Notes under the pieces: generated by a model
What the model was told of the DNA's origin: nothing
Seen by the model: the letters and a program-made list of their open reading frames with translations, nothing else
The model's database searches: none
Made by a program: the position numbers and the translations under genes
Origin: Flammeovirgaceae bacterium
GTDB taxonomy: Bacteria; Bacteroidota; Bacteroidia; Cytophagales; Cyclobacteriaceae
Assembly: GCA_027487845.1 (NCBI GenBank)
Contig: JAIYCV010000006.1
Location: forward strand, 36,940 to 100,939
DNA length: 64,000 nt
Direction: 5' to 3'
Part shown: piece by piece, positions 10,138 to 16,107 of the stretch
Numbering within the stretch: position 1 is the stretch's first letter
Layout of the letters: the number at the start of each line of letters is the position of its first letter

Positions 10138-10395
10138 TTATTTACCGATACAAGGAGGGCATGGTCCTCCCTTTACCGACTTGATGCCACTACGCAAACC
10201 GCCCTTTGCAATTTTACCTGTAGCTGTGGCAATAATTCGCATAATACCTACTTCTTCACCACTGCTGGTAGTGCCTGTTTCTATGTAGGCGGTAAAGGAA
10301 ATAATCGATCCTTTATCAATGATTTTTTTTAAGTCCTCTGACTTGAAATCAAATTCAAGAGCAGTTTTCTTCTTTGGTGTAGGTTTTTTTGCCAT
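10138..10395 (-). CDS. Small basic protein (85 aa) with C-terminal GG-PCPPC-IGK motif
   Basis: Clean ORF with an A-rich leader, first gene of the co-oriented cassette. C-terminus verified by hand: TCG GTA AAG GGA GGA CCA TGC CCT CCT TGT ATC GGT AAA TAA. Confidence 0.7.
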   Translation of the reverse strand: MAKKPTPKKKTALEFDFKSEDLKKIIDKGSIISFTAYIETGTTSSGEEVGIMRIIATATGKIAKGGLRSGIKSVKGGPCPPCIGK

Positions 10396-10465
10396 AATTT
10401 TTAACGATTAAAGGTTTGTGTTTTTTTAGACGGTTACAAATCTCCGAAATATTCTAATACCATCG

Positions 10466-10556
10466 TACCGTGATTTTCCACGGGTGTATACCGTGGTTTT
10501 CCACGGGTAACCATACCGTGGAAAATACGGGGTCGATACCGTGGAAAAACACGGTT
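10466..10556. promoter_or_regulatory. Four-copy palindromic array (CCGTGG-N4-CCACGG-like), candidate response-regulator binding sites
   Basis: Copies start at 10466 (TACCGTGATTTTCCACGGGT), 10489 (TACCGTGGTTTTCCACGGGT), 10514 (TACCGTGGAAAATACGGGGT) and 10537 (TACCGTGGAAAAACACGGTT). The period is 23/25/23 bp, and the array lies between divergent genes. Confidence 0.75.
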
Positions 10557-10654
10557 GACAAGCTCGTGCCACTTTGCTCACCTTTGACTCATTAATTTTT
10601 TCACACCCAGCCGATGGGCTGGATTGAAAAAAATAACCCCAAAAATTACCCCTT

Positions 10655-11464
10655 ATGGCACATAAATTAACACGTTTTGGCTGGCAACCTGATCTGCCCG
10701 ACTACCGAGATTTAGTATTTGCAGCCTCCCGCACCATGTTGCGTAAGCTTCCCACGAAAGTGGACTTAACTAATTTATGCCCGCCTGTATATAATCAAGA
10801 TTGGTTGGGGAGCTGCACCGCCAACGCCATTGGAGCAGCATTTCAATTTGGGCAAATGAAACAGAACGCCTCGAAAGCGTTTATGCCCTCCCGCTTATTC
10901 ATCTATTATAACGAGCGCGTAATCGAAAATACGGTAAGCATAGACAATGGTGCCCAATTGCGCACCGGCATTAAAACAGTGAACAAGCTGGGGGTTTGCC
11001 CGGAGGCCATGCATCCATACAAACCTTTTGAATTTAAAAAGAAGCCAGCTAAGAAATGTTTCGAGGAAGCGCTCAACCATCAGGTACTGAGCTATCACCG
11101 TGTGAAGCGCAACCTGAGCCAACTAAAAAGTTGCCTGGCCGAAGGCTATCCCTTTGTCTTTGGGTTTACCACCTACGAATCGTTTGAGAGCGATGAGGTA
11201 AAGGCCTCAGGCAAGCTGAATATGCCTGAACGAGGTGAGGACAGAGGAGACGGCCATGCGGTAATGGCAGTAGGCTATAATGAAACCAGCAAGCGATTTA
11301 TTGTGCGCAACAGCTATGGCGAAGAGTGGGGCAAGAGGGGATATTTTACCATGCCCTATGAGTATCTGTTAAACGAAAACCTGAGTGATGACTTCTGGAC
11401 AATTAGGGTGGTAGAGTTAGGAGAAGAAAAAGGAAAAGCTCGAAGTAAAACGAATAAGAAATAG
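10655..11464 (+). CDS. Papain-like cysteine peptidase (C1 family, xylellain-like)
   Basis: FGWQPDLPDYRD prosegment, NQDWLGSC (oxyanion Gln and catalytic Cys), GHAV (His) and RNSYG (Asn). No signal peptide. Confidence 0.92.
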   Translation: MAHKLTRFGWQPDLPDYRDLVFAASRTMLRKLPTKVDLTNLCPPVYNQDWLGSCTANAIGAAFQFGQMKQNASKAFMPSRLFIYYNERVIENTVSIDNGAQLRTGIKTVNKLGVCPEAMHPYKPFEFKKKPAKKCFEEALNHQVLSYHRVKRNLSQLKSCLAEGYPFVFGFTTYESFESDEVKASGKLNMPERGEDRGDGHAVMAVGYNETSKRFIVRNSYGEEWGKRGYFTMPYEYLLNENLSDDFWTIRVVELGEEKGKARSKTNKK

Positions 11465-11531
11465 CCTTCGGCAAGGCACAGTTAAATATACGGTGAATTG
11501 CTCAGGTCAATAAAGATAGGGTTTAGGTTAA

Positions 11532-11579
11532 GCTGCTGCTTCGCGGGGCCGCCCCACATACGGCCCTGCAAGTGGTGGC
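11532..11579 (+). other. Long GC-rich hairpin with several G-U pairs (possible structured RNA or terminator)
   Basis: GCTGCTGCTT pairs with AAGTGGTGGC using 4 G-U pairs, and GGGGCCG pairs with CGGCCCT around a 9-nt loop. Confidence 0.45.
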
Positions 11580-11587
11580 GAATAGAG

Positions 11588-11650
11588 GTGAGACGGGAGA
11601 CGTAAGATAATAGACATAAGACGCGAGATTTGAGACATGAGACTTGAGAT
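11588..11650. repeat. Nine degenerate heptamer repeats (consensus NNGAGAY)
   Basis: GTGAGAC GGGAGAC GTAAGAT AATAGAC ATAAGAC GCGAGAT TTGAGAC ATGAGAC TTGAGAT. Confidence 0.8.
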
Positions 11651-11659
11651 ACGTCTCAA

Positions 11660-11744
11660 AGGCGTCTGACACCTCAAAGGTGTCTTGACGCCTGAACAGG
11701 ATGAGACTCTAATCACGTCATCGCGAGGAACGAAGCGATCTGCA
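11660..11744. repeat. REP-like composite palindrome module, copy 1
   Basis: AGGCGTCTGACACCTCAAAGGTGTCTTGACGCCT hairpin (11660-11693), followed by GTCATCGCGAGGAACGAAGCGATCTGCA (11717-11744). Confidence 0.7.
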
Positions 11745-11778
11745 TTAGAACTAGTTAGTAAGAACCAAATAAAGGAAA

Positions 11779-11886
11779 ATGAATATGGACAAAACAAAAC
11801 CACAGGATAAGTACACGCGGTTTGTAGCGATTGCCCTGGGGGTCTTTATAGCGTTGCTGGTGCTATTAACAGTGTTGCAAAATTAG
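11779..11886 (+). CDS. Putative 35-aa single-TM small protein (below the ORF-track cutoff)
   Basis: MNMDKTKPQDKYTRFVAIALGVFIALLVLLTVLQN: a charged N-terminus plus a 19-aa hydrophobic stretch, preceded by an A-rich leader (AAAGGAAA). Confidence 0.5.
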   Translation: MNMDKTKPQDKYTRFVAIALGVFIALLVLLTVLQN

Positions 11887-11900
11887 TGTAAGAGTATCTG

Positions 11901-11994
11901 GGCGTCTGACAACTTCAAGGTGTCCTCACGCCTAAAAATGATTTGAGAACCGAAGTACTTCATCGCGTGGGAGGAACGACCGAAGCGATCTGCA
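11901..11994. repeat. REP-like composite palindrome module, copy 2 (diverged)
   Basis: GGCGTCTGACAACTTCAAGGTGTCCTCACGCCT (11901-11933), followed by TTCATCGCGTGGGAGGAACGACCGAAGCGATCTGCA (11959-11994). Confidence 0.65.
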
Positions 11995-12039
11995 GTTGAA
12001 AAGTACTTAATATGAATAGATAACTAAAATGATATAAAT

Positions 12040-12975
12040 ATGCCACGACAAACCATTATCGACACAGCCGCTTCGCAAAACGGAACAAAAGAAAACCCGC
12101 CCAACACCAACAAAACCAAGTACGGAGAATGGTATGGCATGAACGGAGTGCATTGGTGCGCCATCTTTGTAAGCTGGGTGTACAATGAAGCAGGGCATCC
12201 GCTCGGCACCATCGATTCCCCGAAAGGCTATCACTATTGCCCGTCTGCCTATAACTTCTGGAAGAGGAACAACCGACTAACCAAAGACCCCCAACCGGGC
12301 GACATTGTACTATACGATTGGGAAGGCGATGGCCTCAGCAACCATACTGGTATATTTGTGGCATGGGTAAAACCGGGGGAAACCTTCAAAGCATGGGAAG
12401 GCAACACCTCCCTTACCAACGATAGCGATGGCGGCCAGGTAATGCTGCGCACACGCTTTGTCAAGTTAGTGCAGGCGTTTGTAAACCCTGGCGTTTTTGA
12501 AGGTGCCCTACAACCCATTACAGGCATACTTAAAAGAGGCGACAAAGGCGCAGGCGTGGCCGCCATTCAAAAACAACTCTTCGATTTAAAATACGAGGGC
12601 GTTACCGTAGATGGCGATTTTGGTGCTACTACAGAGAAACTCATCAAGCAATTTCAGCAAGAGCATGGCCTTGCGGTAACAGGCATAGTAGATGCCATTG
12701 TAGAAGGCGCCTTGCAGGCAGAACTCAATAAACCAAAAGTTGCCGACACAAAACTTACCACAGGCGTTTACTTGAAGAAAGGCAACTCGGGTGTTGCGGT
12801 GGTGGCATTGCAAAAAGCATTGAATAGAAATGGCGCACGCCCTTCCCTTACAGAAGACGGAGTGTTTGGCACCGACACCGTGGTGGCACTGAAAGCCTAC
12901 CAAACAAGCAAGGGTATAACTGCTGATGGCATTGCAGGACCAGAAAGTTTTAAGGCGTTAGGACTGAAAATATAA
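12040..12975 (+). CDS. CHAP-domain peptidoglycan hydrolase with two C-terminal PG_binding_1 domains
   Basis: N-terminal WCAIFVSW (Cys) and NHTGI (His), EGNT; two repeats LKRGDKG..V..IQ..L...VDGDFG..T and LKKGNSG..V..LQ..L...DGVFG..T. No signal peptide seen. Confidence 0.88.
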   Translation: MPRQTIIDTAASQNGTKENPPNTNKTKYGEWYGMNGVHWCAIFVSWVYNEAGHPLGTIDSPKGYHYCPSAYNFWKRNNRLTKDPQPGDIVLYDWEGDGLSNHTGIFVAWVKPGETFKAWEGNTSLTNDSDGGQVMLRTRFVKLVQAFVNPGVFEGALQPITGILKRGDKGAGVAAIQKQLFDLKYEGVTVDGDFGATTEKLIKQFQQEHGLAVTGIVDAIVEGALQAELNKPKVADTKLTTGVYLKKGNSGVAVVALQKALNRNGARPSLTEDGVFGTDTVVALKAYQTSKGITADGIAGPESFKALGLKI

Positions 12976-12985
12976 CTTTAACAAG

Positions 12986-14020
12986 TTGCCGATGAAACTA
13001 TCTATTAATAAGGTTTTTCTACCACCAAAGCAACAAAAGAATTTATGCTCCGCGTACCTCCGCGAACTCTGCGGTTTAATCTTGCTAATTTTCTGCTGCT
13101 CAATAACAGGACACGCTAGCTGCTCAGTAAAAGCAGACTCTGCAGCGGCTGCTCCCAATGCCTACACCATTCTGGAGGTGAAAGAAATGCACTTGCAAAA
13201 AGATACGATACGTTTGGGCGAGTTTATGGCTATAAAATTTAAACCGGGAGATAGCATTGAAAAGATCACCACATTATTGTTAGATGGCATTGAAGTCAAA
13301 ACCAAACCCTGGAAAACCAGCCCCAGCACCAACACCATTTTTTACAAAGTAGATGATGAAATGCAAAAACTTGCCGCTCAGTTTTTGGTAAGCGAAGCAC
13401 TCAACAACAATTACATCAAAGTTTCTATTTCTGTAAGCGATGGCAAGCAGTTCTCCAACTCCACTGTAGCGATGTATTTCGCCATTAAGCAAAAAATAAA
13501 AAATGCTTGGATATGGATTGTGCTGCTGTTAATACCCTTGCTGTTTTTCATCTACCTAAGTTTAAAACACAATATATTAAAAGACGATGGTAATGTTTAC
13601 TATAGCCTGGGCAGAACGCAACTCTTTTTCTGGACTGTTCTATTCTGTTTCTGCTACCTCTACCTTTGGCTTAAGACGGGCGCCTTGCCGGACATTACCC
13701 ATACAGTACTCATTCTTTTAGGCGTAAGCGTAGGCACTACCGCTGCTGCCAAAGTTATTGAGAACAACCCAGCAGTGCCGCCACCAGCAGTTGCCGACCA
13801 GCCCGTAAGTGAAGGCTGGCTCATAGACATACTAAGCGACAGCAAAAGTATAAGCGTGCATCGGTTTCAGAATGTAGCGTTCACCCTTGTGTATGGAGTT
13901 ATTTTTATACAGCAAGTGGGCTACGCCTTGGTGTTCCCCGAATTTGATACCAACGCTCTGCTACTAATGGGCATAAGCTCTGGCACCTATGCAGGGTTAA
14001 AAATTACGGAAGCAAAATGA
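12986..14020 (+). CDS. Membrane protein: exported N-terminal domain plus internally duplicated C-terminal TM module
   Basis: Signal-like segment and a TM at about aa 172-192, then SLGRTQLFFWTV...LPDITHTVLILLGVSVGT repeated as SVHRFQNVAFTL...FPEFDTNALLLMGISSGT. Confidence 0.7.
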   Translation: MPMKLSINKVFLPPKQQKNLCSAYLRELCGLILLIFCCSITGHASCSVKADSAAAAPNAYTILEVKEMHLQKDTIRLGEFMAIKFKPGDSIEKITTLLLDGIEVKTKPWKTSPSTNTIFYKVDDEMQKLAAQFLVSEALNNNYIKVSISVSDGKQFSNSTVAMYFAIKQKIKNAWIWIVLLLIPLLFFIYLSLKHNILKDDGNVYYSLGRTQLFFWTVLFCFCYLYLWLKTGALPDITHTVLILLGVSVGTTAAAKVIENNPAVPPPAVADQPVSEGWLIDILSDSKSISVHRFQNVAFTLVYGVIFIQQVGYALVFPEFDTNALLLMGISSGTYAGLKITEAK

Positions 14021-14091
14021 AGTAACTAAAATTAAAAAAACGGAGTAAGCCGAAAATCCGGAGAAGAGTAGGCAAAGAAATAAAAATCTTT

Positions 14092-16080
14092 ATGAAAAAG
14101 GCTTTAATCATTTTATTGGTTTTACCAGCACTTTCTTTCGCGCAAGTAGCTTCACCACCTACTTTGATAGCTGGTTTATCCGGATTGTCTGTTGACAAAG
14201 GAAATTTAGATGTTGCTTTGATCTCTGAAATTGTAACTGAGAAACAGGCAGAGTTGAAAAAAGAACTGATTAAACGAGTTTTCTTTGATAAACTAAAATC
14301 AGAAAACTACGTGACTTGGGAGTTTGCATACAATTCACTCGAAATTCTTCTAAACTCACAAAGTAAGCCAAACATTCAAAAAGAGCTTTTGGAGTATGCT
14401 TCCAATGCCACGCTGGTATACAGTTTTACCGAGGCATATCTTCAGGTTTCAAAGAAGTTTGGAAACTCTGCATTGGACGGCCTAATCGAGCTTTGGGATA
14501 AAAATTCAAAATTAAAAGACTGCTTTGATTATCCGCCAAAGGATTGCTCGGAACTCAAAGATTTGAGTTTGATTCTTCCACACCTTATTCTTTCCTGCGA
14601 TGATTGCGGTTCAGCTAAAAAGACTTCAACGAATTTGAATAATGTTCTTATTGATATGACTTATGACATTTTAAGAAACGATAAGACACTTAAAAGTCTT
14701 GGTTTTTTTAAAGGACAATTTCCTTTGGGGGAAACCTACTACCAGCTGAATAGCCAATATTGGAAAAATCGAGATAATGTCAAGGTGGACGCATTGTATA
14801 CAAGAATGAAAAAAGAACTAAGCACATTGATTGAATACTATTACGTTGCAAAAGCAGCAGTCAATAACGGTGTTAATGAACTGGAAAGATTAATAACCTT
14901 TGATTCTGCAAATACTGCAAATCAGTTACTTGTCATTAATGGAAATCTCAAAGATCTAGAGACAGATTTAGTGGGCATCTCCAAAAGCATTTCTTCAAGC
15001 CCTACCAAGGAAAGTAATCTTTCCGAAAGGATCTCGGAGACTTACCTAGCTTTTAAGGATTTTCAGAAAAGGGGAAATGAACGGTACCGAGTTGAAGACT
15101 TGTACTATGCTGATCAGGTCACACTTCCATTGATTATCAAATTAACAAGCGAATATGGATTGCCAAAAAAATATCTAGATGCAGCGCTGGGGTTGAGAGA
15201 GATTATACTCTCAAATCTATTGAAACAAGCTTACAGTGACTTTAGTAAAAAATTAAAAGAGGGAAATACCAACCAGGACACTTCGATAAAAAATGTTTTT
15301 AGTATTTACAGACTACAAAACTACAAGTCATTTATTGAATTGCTGGATAAATTTAGCAAACTCGACAAGGCAGAAACCTATCAATTTATTTTAGGAGAAC
15401 TAAAAGACCTAAGCAAAATTTTCGAAAAATCTGACCCAACACTTTATGTCATGGTGTCAAGTCTATCTGATTTTTTGAAAAAATTTACCGTTTTTGATAA
15501 AGAGAAAAACGCTATTACGATGGATGTGGAGGAGGTGATTTCCCAGCTTTACACGCAATATGAAGCACAAACTAATAGATGGCTACAAGTATATTTTTCA
15601 GTTGGGCTCAATCAAACGTTCAACAGTTCAAATTTAACAGATGCTGCCGGAGGCAATGTTGGTTTTGCGGCTGAAAAGTTGGGTTTTAAAATTATCCCAA
15701 ATGCCTGGAATGTCAAGAAGATTAGGGCACAACAATACGAAAAGTTTTTTGGACCAAAAGGTAAGGATCAAGGTTTTATCAATAAGACGCCATTCATATC
15801 AGACTTTCATTTCATCGCCTATGGGAGTGGCCTGCTCTATAATATTGTAAATGTGAAAACGGAAGAGAAATTTAATCGACCGCTTTTTGGCGTAGGATTT
15901 GGCCCTTCTTTTTTTAATAGTCTTGATTTACATGTTTTTGCGAATTGGACTTTCCCCACCGCTCAGCAAACACTCGCTTGGGATAAACCAATAACTGGTT
16001 TTTCTTTTGATATAAAAATCACTGAGTACTTATCACGGCTCAAGCAAAAGAAAAGTGCTAATAACTCTGCAAGCAAATAG
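14092..16080 (+). CDS. Exported hypothetical protein (662 aa), helical body and possible beta-rich C-terminus
   Basis: Signal peptide MKKALIILLVLPALSFAQ in a long AT-rich ORF. No family recognised. Confidence 0.75.
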   Translation: MKKALIILLVLPALSFAQVASPPTLIAGLSGLSVDKGNLDVALISEIVTEKQAELKKELIKRVFFDKLKSENYVTWEFAYNSLEILLNSQSKPNIQKELLEYASNATLVYSFTEAYLQVSKKFGNSALDGLIELWDKNSKLKDCFDYPPKDCSELKDLSLILPHLILSCDDCGSAKKTSTNLNNVLIDMTYDILRNDKTLKSLGFFKGQFPLGETYYQLNSQYWKNRDNVKVDALYTRMKKELSTLIEYYYVAKAAVNNGVNELERLITFDSANTANQLLVINGNLKDLETDLVGISKSISSSPTKESNLSERISETYLAFKDFQKRGNERYRVEDLYYADQVTLPLIIKLTSEYGLPKKYLDAALGLREIILSNLLKQAYSDFSKKLKEGNTNQDTSIKNVFSIYRLQNYKSFIELLDKFSKLDKAETYQFILGELKDLSKIFEKSDPTLYVMVSSLSDFLKKFTVFDKEKNAITMDVEEVISQLYTQYEAQTNRWLQVYFSVGLNQTFNSSNLTDAAGGNVGFAAEKLGFKIIPNAWNVKKIRAQQYEKFFGPKGKDQGFINKTPFISDFHFIAYGSGLLYNIVNVKTEEKFNRPLFGVGFGPSFFNSLDLHVFANWTFPTAQQTLAWDKPITGFSFDIKITEYLSRLKQKKSANNSASK

Positions 16081-16107
16081 CAACCAATAAGTCTTAATCG
16101 ATATCAG

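Noticed and set aside
10466-10556. CRISPR array interpretation of the four repeats
   Set aside because: The period is only 23-25 bp with 3-5 bp between units, there are no unique spacers, and no cas genes are present.
10555-10560. TTGACA as a sigma70 -35 box
   Set aside because: Bacteroidota housekeeping promoters use -33 TTTG and -7 TAnnTTTG, and there is no matching TATAAT at the proper spacing.
11528-11803. 91-aa minus-strand ORF
   Set aside because: It runs across non-coding repeats and hairpins, and its RISSLMSQ periodicity merely reflects the heptamer tract.
10655-12975. Prophage lysis module
   Set aside because: No integrase, capsid, tail, terminase or replication genes are present anywhere in the window.
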